Positions 16,469-26,841 of a DNA stretch of 64,000 nucleotides are shown in pieces. Origin of the DNA: Flavobacteriales bacterium (GTDB lineage: Bacteria; Bacteroidota; Bacteroidia; Flavobacteriales_E; Vicingaceae). Position 1 is the first letter of the stretch, and each line of letters begins with the position of its first letter. The position numbers were made by a program, and so were the translations under genes. Where the stretch lies: the NCBI GenBank assembly GCA_002706365.1, contig PALM01000014.1:11220-75219 (forward strand), in the 5' to 3' direction. Under the pieces are notes generated by a model. That model searched no databases. It worked only from the letters and a program-made list of their open reading frames with translations, and was not told where the DNA came from.

Positions 16469-17680
16469 ATGGAATTAGACAGAATAGAAGATGCCATTGA
16501 GGCTATCAAGAATGGGGAGATCATTATCGTTGTAGATGATGAGGACCGTGAGAATGAAGGCGACTTTGTTGTTGCTGCGGAGAAGGTGAATAGCCAGGTG
16601 ATCAACTTCATGGCTACACATGGTAGAGGTTTGATTTGTGCTCCATTGGTAGAAGACAGATGTGATGAATTGGGGCTTGGTATGATGGTGGATCAAAACA
16701 CCGCCGCTTATGAGACTCCATTCACTGTTTCTATCGACCTAATTGGACATGGAACAACAACTGGTATATCTGCTAGTGATAGATCTAAGACTGTTCAAGC
16801 TCTAGTGAATCCAGATACAAGACCTTCCGATCTTGGTAAACCAGGACATATCTTTCCACTAAGAGCTAAAAAAGGTGGTGTATTGAGGAGAGCTGGTCAT
16901 ACAGAAGCAGCTATCGACTTTGCAAGATTGGCTGGAATGCAGCCTGCCGGAGTAATCGTTGAGATCATGAATGAAGACGGCACAATGGCTCGACTACCTG
17001 AATTGAAAAAGATCGCCAAGAAGTTCGAGCTCAAATTGGTTAGCATCAAAGATTTGATTGAATATAGAATGCGCAACGAGACTTTGATCGAGCGTCAGGT
17101 AGAAGTTCAATTGCCAACGGAGTATGGCGATTTTGAATTGATCCACTATAAGCAGGTGACTACCGGACAAGAGCATTTGGCTTTGATTAAAGGCGAATGG
17201 AATGAAGATGAGGCAATCTTAGTGAGAGTGCATTCATCTTGTATGACCGGGGATATCTTTGGTTCTTGTCGTTGCGATTGCGGACCCCAATTGCAGAAGG
17301 CAATGGCCATGATCGAAAAAGCCGGGAAAGGAGTGATCGTTTACATGAATCAAGAAGGTAGAGGTATTGGCTTACTCAATAAACTCAAAGCTTACAAACT
17401 TCAAGAAGAAGGTTTGGATACTGTTGAAGCCAATCTTGAATTGGGCTTTAAGATGGATTATAGAGACTATGGAATTGGTGCTCAGATCCTCAGAGATTTG
17501 GGCGTACGCAAAATGAAGTTAATGAGTAACAATCCGAAAAAGCGCACCGGATTGATCGGTTATGGTTTGGAGATCGTAGAGAACGTTCCCCTGGAAATCG
17601 AATCGAATAAACACAACCAACTATACCTCAAAACCAAGAAGGAAAAGATGGGTCATTCCTTAAAGTTAAATAAAGATTAA
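16469..17680 (+). CDS. ribBA: Bifunctional 3,4-dihydroxy-2-butanone-4-phosphate synthase / GTP cyclohydrolase II
   Basis: N-terminal half [11 protein letters not shown] and [14 protein letters not shown]-terminal half [23 protein letters not shown] and NQEGRGIGL. Confidence 0.95.
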   Translation: MELDRIEDAIEAIKNGEIIIVVDDEDRENEGDFVVAAEKVNSQVINFMATHGRGLICAPLVEDRCDELGLGMMVDQNTAAYETPFTVSIDLIGHGTTTGISASDRSKTVQALVNPDTRPSDLGKPGHIFPLRAKKGGVLRRAGHTEAAIDFARLAGMQPAGVIVEIMNEDGTMARLPELKKIAKKFELKLVSIKDLIEYRMRNETLIERQVEVQLPTEYGDFELIHYKQVTTGQEHLALIKGEWNEDEAILVRVHSSCMTGDIFGSCRCDCGPQLQKAMAMIEKAGKGVIVYMNQEGRGIGLLNKLKAYKLQEEGLDTVEANLELGFKMDYRDYGIGAQILRDLGVRKMKLMSNNPKKRTGLIGYGLEIVENVPLEIESNKHNQLYLKTKKEKMGHSLKLNKD

Positions 17681-17711
17681 AGCCTCATTATTTTAGTATT
17701 TTGGCCCCGCT

Positions 17712-18818
17712 TTGAAAAGGTTAAAATTTCTCCATAAGCTCTTATTCTTTTTCAATGTTTTAGCGGCTATCTCGCTATTACTAGCTTATGTTTCGCCCTA
17801 TATTAATCCAAGTGATTTTTGGCCAGTGGCATTCTTTGGCCTTGGTCTACCCTATCTTTTCTTGATCAATGTAATTTTCCTTTTGATATGGGTAATTCTA
17901 GGTAATATGAGATTTGTATTGCCCTTGTTGATCATCTTTTTGGGATATAAATCAGTACCACGTTACTTCCAACTTAGATTTAACCCTCCGGTGGAAAAGG
18001 AGAATTCCATTAAAGTAATGAGCTTTAATGTGAGGGTATTCGACCTATATATGTGGTCGAAGGATAAAAGTACACGCAATCAAATCTTCGACTTTTTGAA
18101 AGAAGAGCAACCAGATGTACTTTGTTTGCAAGAGTTCTATCAATCAGATACAACGAGAAGTAATTACGAATTCAAAACACTTGACACCCTAGTTCAATTC
18201 CTCAAAGCAAAGAACTATCACACTTACTATACCACTACCCTAAGGCGAACAGATCATTGGGGCTTGGTGACTTTTAGTCGATTCCCAATCCTAAATAAAG
18301 GCCTTGTCCCATTTGAAAAGAGCGCCGGTAATGCCTGCATTTTTACAGATATTCAAGTAGGTCCAAAGATCTACAGGGTATACAACGCTCATTTGGCATC
18401 AATAAAACTCAACAAGCACGATTATAAGGCGATGCAGAAGATCAATCAAAATGATTACTCCAATGATTTTGATGATGAAAAGTTATTGTTCAGCAAGTTG
18501 AAAGCCGGCTTTATTCGTCGCGCTACACAAGCGGATTCAATCAATTCAAGTATCCAAAATTCTCCATATCCTGTGATCGTCTGCGGAGACTTTAACGATA
18601 CTCCTGCTTCATATGCTTATCAAACGATCAGAGGTGAATTGATAGATGGATTCATTGAAAGTGGATCTGGTTCTGGACAAACTTATATTGGCGAGTTTCC
18701 TTCGTTCAGGATCGACTATATTCTTCATGATGATATTTTGAAGTCGGAAAACTTCACCACTCATTCTGAAAAACTTTCAGATCACCATCCTATTTCGGTG
18801 CTTTTACACCCCAGATAA
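17712..18818 (+). CDS. Membrane-anchored endonuclease/exonuclease/phosphatase (EEP) family protein
   Basis: 3-4 N-terminal TM helices. EEP motifs MSFNVR, CLQE, GDFNDTP and SDHHP. TTG start. Confidence 0.8.
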   Translation: MKRLKFLHKLLFFFNVLAAISLLLAYVSPYINPSDFWPVAFFGLGLPYLFLINVIFLLIWVILGNMRFVLPLLIIFLGYKSVPRYFQLRFNPPVEKENSIKVMSFNVRVFDLYMWSKDKSTRNQIFDFLKEEQPDVLCLQEFYQSDTTRSNYEFKTLDTLVQFLKAKNYHTYYTTTLRRTDHWGLVTFSRFPILNKGLVPFEKSAGNACIFTDIQVGPKIYRVYNAHLASIKLNKHDYKAMQKINQNDYSNDFDDEKLLFSKLKAGFIRRATQADSINSSIQNSPYPVIVCGDFNDTPASYAYQTIRGELIDGFIESGSGSGQTYIGEFPSFRIDYILHDDILKSENFTTHSEKLSDHHPISVLLHPR

Positions 18819-18894
18819 GTAGGTCATCAATCTATTCTACCGTCCGTATAATCAGTCACATTCGAGGCAGATTATCAATTATATTTACAAGCTT

Positions 18895-19578
18895 GTGGTA
18901 CAATTAGAAAACATACATAAATCCTACATCGTTGGAAAGAACGTTTTGCACGTTTTAAAAGGCATCGATATGGATATCAAGGAGGGAGAAATGGTTTCGA
19001 TCATGGGCTCCTCCGGATCGGGTAAATCCACCCTTTTGAATATCATTGGGATGTTGGATAATTACGATGAAGGATCTTATACTCTAGACAATAAAATCAT
19101 TAAGGATCTGAGTGAAACCAAAGCTGCCCAATACCGAAATAAGTTCTTGGGTTTTGTGTTCCAGTCGTTCAATCTGATCTCATTCAAAAATGCATTGGAG
19201 AATGTGGCGCTTCCACTCTACTATCAAAAAGTGAAGCGAAAAGAGCGAAATGCTTTGGCCATGGAATATTTGGAAAAGGTTGGTCTGGCCGATTGGGCTG
19301 AACATATGCCGAATGAGCTTTCCGGTGGACAAAAACAGCGGGTGGCCATTGCGCGAGCCTTGATTACTCGTCCAAAAGTCCTCCTAGCCGATGAACCAAC
19401 TGGTGCCTTAGACTCTACAACATCTTATGAAGTGATGGAGTTATTGCGAGAGATCAACAAAGAGGGAATCACCATGATCATTGTCACCCATGAGAATGAT
19501 ATTGCGGCAAAAACAGATCGCATCATTCGATTGAAGGATGGTCAGATCATCAAATCAGAAGTAACGGCCAATGTTTGA
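18895..19578 (+). CDS. ABC transporter ATP-binding protein (MacB/LolD type)
   Basis: Walker [10 protein letters not shown], signature LSGGQKQR, Walker [15 protein letters not shown] start. Confidence 0.9.
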   Translation: MVQLENIHKSYIVGKNVLHVLKGIDMDIKEGEMVSIMGSSGSGKSTLLNIIGMLDNYDEGSYTLDNKIIKDLSETKAAQYRNKFLGFVFQSFNLISFKNALENVALPLYYQKVKRKERNALAMEYLEKVGLADWAEHMPNELSGGQKQRVAIARALITRPKVLLADEPTGALDSTTSYEVMELLREINKEGITMIIVTHENDIAAKTDRIIRLKDGQIIKSEVTANV

Positions 19579-20806
19579 TAGAGATAAATGGCAGGAAATT
19601 CTCAATACCATTGAGAAAAACAAGTTGAGAACATTTCTCACCGGTTTTTCTGTGGCATGGGGAATCTTTATGCTCATTATTCTTTTAGGATTTGGAACAG
19701 GGCTGCAGAAAGGCGTTTCCGACAATTTCAAAGACACCGCCACCAATAGTATTTGGGTTTTTAGCGGTCAGACTTCAGTTCCTCACAAAGGAATGAAGCC
19801 AGGACGATTCATTCGGTTCGACAATGCCGATTATGATCTGGTTGCCAACAATATGCCTGAAGTAACTGCCAGCAGTGGTCGATTCTACTTGGGCAACAAT
19901 GAAGTTACCTACAAAGGTGAGCACGGAAGTTTTAATATCAGAACAGTACATCCAGAACATCAATTCATTGAGAAAACCTTAACCATTCAAGGGAGATTCT
20001 TCAATGAAAAGGATATAGAGGAAAAGAGAAAAGTTGTGTCAATTGGAACCTTGGTTAGAGATGCACTATTTGTGAATGGGGAGAACCCCATAGGTGAATA
20101 CATTGAAGTAAGCGGCGTACCCTTTAAGGTGGTAGGAGTCTTTGAAGATGAAGGTGGAGAAAATGAGCAGGAGATACTCTACATTCCCATTAGCACAGCA
20201 CAAATGGTATTCAATGGGGCGGATCGTGTTGATATGTTCATGGTGAACCTCGATGAAGGAGCTACAGTTGAAGAGAGCAAGGTGATGGAGGAGAAACTGA
20301 GGAAAACTATGGCAGAGCGACATAAATTCTCGCCTGATGATGAAAGAGCCATACGTTTTTGGAATAATGTGGAGGACTTCATGCAATTCCAAAACCTTTT
20401 TGACGGAATACGCACTTTTATCTGGATCATTGGAATCATGACCATCATCGCAGGAATTGTTGGAATCAGTAATATCATGATGATCGTGGTAAAAGAGCGC
20501 ACCAAAGAGATCGGCATCCGAAAAGCACTGGGTGCAACACCTTGGTCGGTAGTGAGCTTGATCATCATGGAATCCGTTTTGATCACTTCCGTTTTTGGAT
20601 ATATAGGATTGGTATTGGGGGTTGGAGTTATAGAAGGCATTAGCAGCGTACTTCCCCCAGGAGAATTTTTCAAAGACCCTGAAGTCAACTTTAAGGTGGC
20701 TATTAGCGCCACCATTATCTTGATCACTGCAGGAACACTGGCAGGTTTGATCCCCGCTAGAAAGGCCGCAAGAATTAAACCCATAGTAGCACTAAGAGAC
20801 GAGTAA
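19571..20806 (+). CDS. ABC transporter permease (MacB periplasmic domain + FtsX)
   Basis: N-terminal TM helix, a periplasmic domain of about 230 aa, a C-terminal FtsX-type 3-TM bundle, and KERTKEIGIRKALGA. Confidence 0.85.
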   Translation: MFDRDKWQEILNTIEKNKLRTFLTGFSVAWGIFMLIILLGFGTGLQKGVSDNFKDTATNSIWVFSGQTSVPHKGMKPGRFIRFDNADYDLVANNMPEVTASSGRFYLGNNEVTYKGEHGSFNIRTVHPEHQFIEKTLTIQGRFFNEKDIEEKRKVVSIGTLVRDALFVNGENPIGEYIEVSGVPFKVVGVFEDEGGENEQEILYIPISTAQMVFNGADRVDMFMVNLDEGATVEESKVMEEKLRKTMAERHKFSPDDERAIRFWNNVEDFMQFQNLFDGIRTFIWIIGIMTIIAGIVGISNIMMIVVKERTKEIGIRKALGATPWSVVSLIIMESVLITSVFGYIGLVLGVGVIEGISSVLPPGEFFKDPEVNFKVAISATIILITAGTLAGLIPARKAARIKPIVALRDE

Positions 20807-22068
20807 TGAGCATATTCGATTCAGATAGATGGGATGAGATCTTTAGCGCTTTGAAGAAGAACAAACTTCGAACTGCCTTAACGGCCTTTGGGGTATTCTG
20901 GGGAATCTTCATGCTGATCATTATGCTGGGTTCTGGCAATGGTCTAGAGAATGGAGTAACCGGAAACTTTGGAGGCACGGCAACCAATTCGGTCTTCATT
21001 TGGACAAGAAGTACTTCTATTCCCTATAAAGGATTGCCTGAAGGAAGGTGGTTCAATATGCGCAATGAGGATATGGAGGTTGTCCGTAGAGAAGTACCAG
21101 AGATCAAATATTTAGCTCCTAGGAATCAGCTTCGCGGCTTTAGAGGTGGAAATAATGTAAGCTGGGGGAATAAGGCCGGTAACTTTTCAGTGATGGGGGA
21201 TTATCCAGATATCTTGCATATCAACAGCATGGATATCATCAAAGGGCGTTTCTTGAATCACTATGATATTGAAGAAAAGCGCAAAGTAGTTGTAATAGGC
21301 ACGAATGTAAGAGATGTACTCTTTGGCGATAAGGATCCTATCAATGAAAATGTGAAGATCAATGGAGTGTATTTCAAAGTGGTTGGTGTTTGGAAAACAA
21401 AAAAGAGCGGAAATCAAGGAGAGCGTGACTCGCAAACACTTTTTATCCCTTTTAGCACTTTTCAAAAGGCATTCAATTATGGCAATGTCGTAGGCTGGTT
21501 AGCCGTTGTTGCCAAAGATGAATTCCCCGCAACCCTCGTAGAAGAGAAAATTATTAATGTCTTGAAGCCCCGACATAAAGTCGCTCCAGAAGATGATCGA
21601 GCTTTTGGTTCTTTCAATGCCTATGAAGAATTCCAGCAAATCAATGGACTGTTCAATGGTATTGCCACATTAATATGGATTGTAGGTACAGGAACCCTAA
21701 TGGCGGGGATTATTGGCGTGAGCAACATCATGCTCATTATTGTAAAAGAGCGAACCAAAGAAATTGGAGTGAGAAGAGCCATAGGTGCAACACCACGTTC
21801 GATCATAACTCAAATTATGCTTGAGTCAGTTGTCTTAACATCCATGGCTGGATATATTGGATTGTTATTGGGCATCTTTTTAACGGAAGTCATCGCCAAG
21901 CAAATGGGTCCGAAGCAAGGAAATTCAATGTTCACGAATCCAACAATCGATCTGCAAGTGGCGCTAACCGCTTTGCTCATACTAGTAGTTGCAGGAGCAT
22001 TGGCAGGATTAATTCCAGCAAGAAAAGCAGTAAGAATCAAACCAATAGAAGCCCTGAGGGCAGAATAA
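20806..22068 (+). CDS. ABC transporter permease (second MacB/FtsX paralogue)
   Basis: Same architecture as the previous gene, with KERTKEIGVRRAIGA. Confidence 0.85.
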   Translation: MSIFDSDRWDEIFSALKKNKLRTALTAFGVFWGIFMLIIMLGSGNGLENGVTGNFGGTATNSVFIWTRSTSIPYKGLPEGRWFNMRNEDMEVVRREVPEIKYLAPRNQLRGFRGGNNVSWGNKAGNFSVMGDYPDILHINSMDIIKGRFLNHYDIEEKRKVVVIGTNVRDVLFGDKDPINENVKINGVYFKVVGVWKTKKSGNQGERDSQTLFIPFSTFQKAFNYGNVVGWLAVVAKDEFPATLVEEKIINVLKPRHKVAPEDDRAFGSFNAYEEFQQINGLFNGIATLIWIVGTGTLMAGIIGVSNIMLIIVKERTKEIGVRRAIGATPRSIITQIMLESVVLTSMAGYIGLLLGIFLTEVIAKQMGPKQGNSMFTNPTIDLQVALTALLILVVAGALAGLIPARKAVRIKPIEALRAE

Positions 22069-22081
22069 CTCAATTGTATAC

Positions 22082-23197
22082 ATGAAAAAGTTTCTCAAAA
22101 TTCTAGGAGTAGTTGTCTTGATCGGTGTGTTTGTATACACCATCTATTACTTATATGCAAAGTCACAAGAAAAACCAGTGGTTTATAAAACTGAAAAGCC
22201 CCTGAAAACAGATATAATCAAGAAAACAGTGGCTACAGGATCTGTAGTTCCAAGAAAGGAGATCGAGATCAAACCTCAGGTTTCCGGAATCATCGATGAG
22301 ATTTATGTAGAAGCGGGAATGAAGGTTGAAAAGGGAGATAAGATCGCCTTGGTGAAGATCATCCCGAATATGGTAAGCCTCAATAATGCGGAGAACCGAC
22401 TCAGACAGGCCAAGATTAGCCTTGATAATGCCAAATTGGATTACGATAGGAATAAGGAGCTTTTGGATAAGAAAGTAATTGCCCAGGCCGACTTCCAACA
22501 GATCGAAGTGAACTATAGAACAGCAGAAGAAGAATACAAAGCTGCACAAGCCAATTTAGAATTGGTAAAGAAGGGAGAGACATCTAAGAATAAGACACAA
22601 ACAAACCGCTTAATCCGCTCTACTATTGCAGGAATGGTGCTTGATGTGCCGGTAGAAGAAGGTAATTCAGTGATTGAAGCAAACACAATGAATGAAGGTA
22701 CAACTGTAGCTTCGGTAGCTGACATGACAGATCTTGTCTTTGAAGGAAAAGTAGATGAATCAGAAGTAGGCAAGATCAAAGAAGGCATGAATCTGATCAT
22801 GCGGATTGGAGCAATAGAAGACGAGACTTTTGATGCAGTATTGGAATACATCTCACCAAAAGGTATTGAAGAAGACGGAGCTATTCAATTCGAGATCAAA
22901 GCAGCTGTAAAATTGAGAGAGGATCAGTTCATCAGAGCTGGCTACAGTGCCAATGCAGATATTGTTTTGGATCGTAGAGATAGTGTTTTAGCCATTTCTG
23001 AAGCCCTTCTTCAATTTGATGGTGACTCTGCATATGTAGAAGTACAAACCGAACCTCAAGTATTTGAAAAACGCTATATAGAAACCGGACTTTCAGATGG
23101 GATCAATATCGAAATCCTAAGTGGAATAGATAAGGATACGGAGATGAAGCTTTGGAATCTTACGGAGCCGACTATGGGTGGTCGAGGTGGAAGATAG
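22082..23197 (+). CDS. Efflux periplasmic adaptor (HlyD/MacA family)
   Basis: N-terminal anchor, lipoyl-like segments (GIIDEIYVEAGMKVEKGDKIA), a coiled-coil hairpin and a beta-barrel domain. Confidence 0.85.
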   Translation: MKKFLKILGVVVLIGVFVYTIYYLYAKSQEKPVVYKTEKPLKTDIIKKTVATGSVVPRKEIEIKPQVSGIIDEIYVEAGMKVEKGDKIALVKIIPNMVSLNNAENRLRQAKISLDNAKLDYDRNKELLDKKVIAQADFQQIEVNYRTAEEEYKAAQANLELVKKGETSKNKTQTNRLIRSTIAGMVLDVPVEEGNSVIEANTMNEGTTVASVADMTDLVFEGKVDESEVGKIKEGMNLIMRIGAIEDETFDAVLEYISPKGIEEDGAIQFEIKAAVKLREDQFIRAGYSANADIVLDRRDSVLAISEALLQFDGDSAYVEVQTEPQVFEKRYIETGLSDGINIEILSGIDKDTEMKLWNLTEPTMGGRGGR

Positions 23198-23200
23198 TGC

Positions 23201-23252
23201 TTTAGAGAGTCTAGACTCAGTCTAAGTTCTAGATTCTAGGTTCTAGGTTCTT
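23201..23252. repeat. Period-7 array ...CTAGACT CAGTCTA / CTAAGTT CTAGATT CTAGGTT CTAGGTT CTTCTTT (one register shift)
   Basis: Read directly. It contains the TAG stop of the methyltransferase gene (23236-23238) and starts 4 nt after the adaptor TAG stop. Confidence 0.85.
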
Positions 23253-24141
23253 CTTTAACAAAATACCCTTTCAAAGAAATACCCAATCCAAGAACGGTTA
23301 GGACTTTGTTTACGACAGACTTCGTTAGCTCTAGATACCATTTTCCTTCGATCTTGCTTCTCAGTTTCTCATCCTGACTCTCTTTAGAGATCAACTGTTC
23401 ATCGGTTCCCTCAAAGGTTTTCTTAGATGTTATTGATCTACTGATGCTAATGCCTGTGGTGAGTAATTTTTTTGTTTTAAAGCCATGGGATTCAAACAAT
23501 CGCCTCAAGGTCTTCTTGGTGTAGTACGACAAATGCTCTGGATATTGGATCACATTGTAGCGATCCTTCAATTGATATCTTAAATAGGCATTGAAGTTTG
23601 GTGTGGTGCAGTAGAAGAGTCCGCCCGTTCTCAATAAGCTACGAATGTGTTTAACCTCTTCTAATGGATTGTTAATGTGCTCTATGACTTCAATAGAGGT
23701 GATCACATCAAATTCCAAGACCTCAAAGGAATTGGTATTCAGACTCCCCTGCTCCATTTTGATTCCCTTGGCTTGATTTGCAGCAATGGCTTCGTCAGAG
23801 AATTCAGTTCCGTATACTTCCCATCCTCTCTTTTTGGCTTCTTCTAACAACCATCCTCTTCCGCAACCTACATCAAGGATCCGATTTGTTTTTCGATATG
23901 ATTCGAAATCATCTAATAAAGTTTGGTAGCGCTTAATTGTAATTGGTGATAGAAATACCTCTGAAGAGTAATCGTAATGAGCGTAGTGAGCGTCTAGCTC
24001 TTCCGGAGTTGGAACTCTCTCCATGAAGACAAATCCACAATTTGAGCATTTTACCAATTGATGCTTTTGATAGAAATTTTTCAGCTTTTTAAGCTGGTCA
24101 GATTTACAAATCAAACAATTGCTATGGAGGTTTTTATTCAT
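23236..24141 (-). CDS. Class I SAM-dependent methyltransferase with N-terminal zinc ribbon
   Basis: CLICKS...CSNCGF (two CxxC motifs), SAM motif I ILDVGCGRGW. The C-terminal EEPRT is encoded by the heptamer array. Confidence 0.8.
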   Translation of the reverse strand: MNKNLHSNCLICKSDQLKKLKNFYQKHQLVKCSNCGFVFMERVPTPEELDAHYAHYDYSSEVFLSPITIKRYQTLLDDFESYRKTNRILDVGCGRGWLLEEAKKRGWEVYGTEFSDEAIAANQAKGIKMEQGSLNTNSFEVLEFDVITSIEVIEHINNPLEEVKHIRSLLRTGGLFYCTTPNFNAYLRYQLKDRYNVIQYPEHLSYYTKKTLRRLFESHGFKTKKLLTTGISISRSITSKKTFEGTDEQLISKESQDEKLRSKIEGKWYLELTKSVVNKVLTVLGLGISLKGYFVKEEPRT

Positions 24142-24160
24142 TTAAAACGCACAAAATAAA

Positions 24161-24223
24161 GAGTTCGGAGTAAGAAGTATGGAGTATGGATTGTATCTAG
24201 GATCTAGGCTCTAGATTCTTCTT
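24161..24223. repeat. Nine-unit period-7 array GAGTTCG GAGTAAG AAGTATG GAGTATG GATTGTA TCTAGGA TCTAGGC TCTAGAT TCTTCTT
   Basis: Continuous register, read directly. It contains the NDH-2 TAG stop (24197-24199). Confidence 0.85.
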
Positions 24224-25483
24224 CTCATATTTCCTAATAATCAACCTTATCCCCCTATCAAAATTGAAATAATTATACGACCAATTAAAAAAGGTAACTA
24301 AACGGTTTCGGAATCCAACTAGTGTTAGCAAATGGACAAACATCCAAACCAACCAAGCAGCCAAACCGCCAAATTTTAAATTATTCAAATCTGCCACTGC
24401 CCTATTCCGACCTACAGTTGCCATTGCTCCTTTGTCTTTATAGGTGAACTCTTTTGTGGTTTTATTCTTTTGACTTTTGTTCAAATTCTTCGCCAAGTTT
24501 ACTCCAGACTGATTTGCAACCGGCGCAACCATTGGCAATCCCATTGGAAATTCCGCTGTTTCCATATAGGCAATATCACCTATAGCAAATACATTCTTTT
24601 CTCCTTCGATCAAATGAAAGCGATCTACCTGATATCTTCCTTTCTTCACTGACTCCTCCTTCAGACCATTAAGCAAATTACCTTTTACTCCGGCAGCCCA
24701 GATCAGCATTCCCGCATTCAATTTCTTGCCGGAACTTAAGATTACCTTATCGTTCTTATACTCCTTCACAGCTTCTCCCAAGATTACTTCTACTCCTAGG
24801 TCTTGAAGGTACTTCAAAGCCTTTCTAGATGCATGCTCCGACATTGGCGGTAAGACCTTATCGGCCATTTCTACCAAATAGACCTGCATCCTATTGATAT
24901 TCAGATCGGGATAATCATGCGGAAGAACATGTTTCTTGAGCTCTGCAAGAGCTCCGGAGAGCTCCACGCCTGTTGGACCCGCACCCACAATAGTTATGCT
25001 CATTAAAGCGTCTTGTTCTTCAACGGCCGACTTCAATAATGCCTTTTCAAAATTTTGCAAGATCAATGACCGCAGATCCAAGGCTTCTGAGACACTTTTC
25101 ATAGTCATGGCATTGGCCTCAAGCTCTTTATTTCCAAAGAAGTTGGTGGTTGCACCGGTTGCTACCACCAGATAATCGTATTCTACATCTCCAATATTCG
25201 TTTGAAGGATATTCTCTTCGGTCTTCACTTCCTCCACTTCAGCCATCCTGAAATAAAAATCTTTTGAGCCTTTGAAAAGCTTGCGAAGTGGATATGCAAT
25301 TGAATCAGGTTCTAAACCTGCTGTTGCTACTTGATATAAAAGAGGTTGAAAAGTGTGATAGTTGTTTCGATCGACCATCACGATTTGGAAGTATCGATCG
25401 TCTAGATTTTTAGCGACTTGCAGTCCGGCGAAGCCTCCACCGATTATCACTACTCGCTTCTTTCCACTTTGTGGTATGTTCAT
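24197..25483 (-). CDS. ndh: Type II NADH dehydrogenase (NDH-2, FAD/NAD(P)-dependent oxidoreductase)
   Basis: Two dinucleotide-binding motifs, VVIIGGGFAG and IVGAGPTGVE, then GDIA and a C-terminal hydrophobic segment. The C-terminal NLEPRS is encoded by the heptamer array. Confidence 0.8.
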   Translation of the reverse strand: MNIPQSGKKRVVIIGGGFAGLQVAKNLDDRYFQIVMVDRNNYHTFQPLLYQVATAGLEPDSIAYPLRKLFKGSKDFYFRMAEVEEVKTEENILQTNIGDVEYDYLVVATGATTNFFGNKELEANAMTMKSVSEALDLRSLILQNFEKALLKSAVEEQDALMSITIVGAGPTGVELSGALAELKKHVLPHDYPDLNINRMQVYLVEMADKVLPPMSEHASRKALKYLQDLGVEVILGEAVKEYKNDKVILSSGKKLNAGMLIWAAGVKGNLLNGLKEESVKKGRYQVDRFHLIEGEKNVFAIGDIAYMETAEFPMGLPMVAPVANQSGVNLAKNLNKSQKNKTTKEFTYKDKGAMATVGRNRAVADLNNLKFGGLAAWLVWMFVHLLTLVGFRNRLVTFFNWSYNYFNFDRGIRLIIRKYEKKNLEPRS

Positions 25484-26175
25484 TTATGCTGTTCTACTAA
25501 TGTTTTGATTTGATTGCTTTGATATACTTTATGGTCCTTCTCTTCTTTTGAAAGTATCTGCATTGCTTTTGCTACATCTCTAGCTTTGATAGGACGGTAT
25601 TTTCGCAAACCGCCAACTAAGAGAAATGAGAAAATTGGCATGAGCTTTTGGGCGATGAGTTCTCCAAATCGAAATTCCGATCTCTCTCCTAGAAGTAAGG
25701 AAGGCCTTAAAATACTTAGCTGTTCCGGTCCATCCTTTCGCACTAAATCCTCAGCTTCTCCTTTGGTCTTCAAATAGAAATTATTGCTTTTGGAATCTGC
25801 TCCTAAGGAAGAGATCATCAGCAGTTTAGGACAAGCATGCTCTTTGGCCATCTGCGCTATTTTATGCACAAGATGTTTATCAACCTTCTCAAATGCCTCT
25901 TTTGAACCGGCCGTTTTCATGGTTGTACCCAAACAAACAAAAGTCACATCTACACTGAAAAGCTCTGGATACTGCTCTAGCTTGTCGAAATCAACGATCT
26001 TCTGCTCAATGGTAGGATTGTTTGGAATTTCAATTTCACGGCGGTTTGCCAGATAGACCTTTGAGAAATCTTTATCTTCAGCTAATAAATCCGCGAGGAA
26101 ACCACCAATAAGACCAGTGCTTCCAAAGATGGTTGCGCTTAGTTGGCCTTTAGTATTGCTTACTTTTGTGTTCAT
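25480..26175 (-). CDS. NAD(P)H-binding (atypical SDR-like) protein
   Basis: ATIFGSTGLIGG Rossmann motif. 4-nt overlap with ndh. Start moved from the TTG at 26181 to the ATG at 26175. Confidence 0.7.
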   Translation of the reverse strand: MNTKVSNTKGQLSATIFGSTGLIGGFLADLLAEDKDFSKVYLANRREIEIPNNPTIEQKIVDFDKLEQYPELFSVDVTFVCLGTTMKTAGSKEAFEKVDKHLVHKIAQMAKEHACPKLLMISSLGADSKSNNFYLKTKGEAEDLVRKDGPEQLSILRPSLLLGERSEFRFGELIAQKLMPIFSFLLVGGLRKYRPIKARDVAKAMQILSKEEKDHKVYQSNQIKTLVEQHK

Positions 26176-26188
26176 TCTCAAACAATCA

Positions 26189-26196
26189 CAAATCTA
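26189..26196 (-). promoter_or_regulatory. Candidate -7 box (TAGATTTG on minus strand)
   Basis: TAnnTTTG match 13 nt upstream of the ATG at 26175. Confidence 0.35.
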
Positions 26197-26212
26197 GGCA
26201 GTTTTATAGTTG

Positions 26213-26809
26213 ATGGATGCAAAAGAGCGATTTAAAAAAGGAGTTGATCATCTCAAACGAGCTGAATATCAGCTTGCATTGAAGATCTTTAACGATCTAG
26301 TGAGTGAATTTCCTTCAGAAGCCGACTTCATTAGTGAAAGAGGGGTGGTGAAATTCCATCTTCAAGATATGGCAGGTTCTCTTAAGGATATGGATGAAGC
26401 CATCAGGCTACAGCCAAAGAAAAGCTACAGATATTCTAGTAGAGCATATATTCGCGGACAAGCGGGATTGGTTAAGAAAGCCATTGAAGACTATAAAAAA
26501 GCGATAGAAATTGACCCTGATGACGCAATAGCCCATAACAATCTGGGGTTGCTAGAAGAAAAGTTAGGCTATATAGATCAAAGCAAAAAACGATTCGAAC
26601 TGGCAGATGAATTAAGCCAAAAAGATGAAAATAGAGGGCGACAAGATCAAGAGATCATTGGCAAGGCAGTAAAAGGCAGGAATCTTCAAAAGGAGCTAGA
26701 GGAAGAGCAGGCCAATCAGAATGTATGGACAGTCTTCAAAAGCCTTTCATCTAAAGAAGGTAGAGATTCTTTTCTTAGGTTTATCAAGTCGGGATTTAAG
26801 CAGACTTAA
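26213..26809 (+). CDS. TPR-repeat protein
   Basis: TPR units (YQLALKIFNDLVSEFP, AIEDYKKAIEIDPDDAIAHNNLG). ATG at 26213 preferred over TTG at 26210. Confidence 0.7.
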   Translation: MDAKERFKKGVDHLKRAEYQLALKIFNDLVSEFPSEADFISERGVVKFHLQDMAGSLKDMDEAIRLQPKKSYRYSSRAYIRGQAGLVKKAIEDYKKAIEIDPDDAIAHNNLGLLEEKLGYIDQSKKRFELADELSQKDENRGRQDQEIIGKAVKGRNLQKELEEEQANQNVWTVFKSLSSKEGRDSFLRFIKSGFKQT

Positions 26810-26841
26810 ACTCAATTCCTCACTAAATCCAAACCAAAGGA

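Noticed and set aside
18895-23197. MacB-type ABC exporter as part of a bacteriocin, lantibiotic or toxin export locus
   Set aside because: There is no precursor peptide, modification enzyme, immunity gene or outer-membrane factor gene adjacent. The architecture (ATPase, two FtsX permeases, adaptor) is a common housekeeping arrangement in Bacteroidota.
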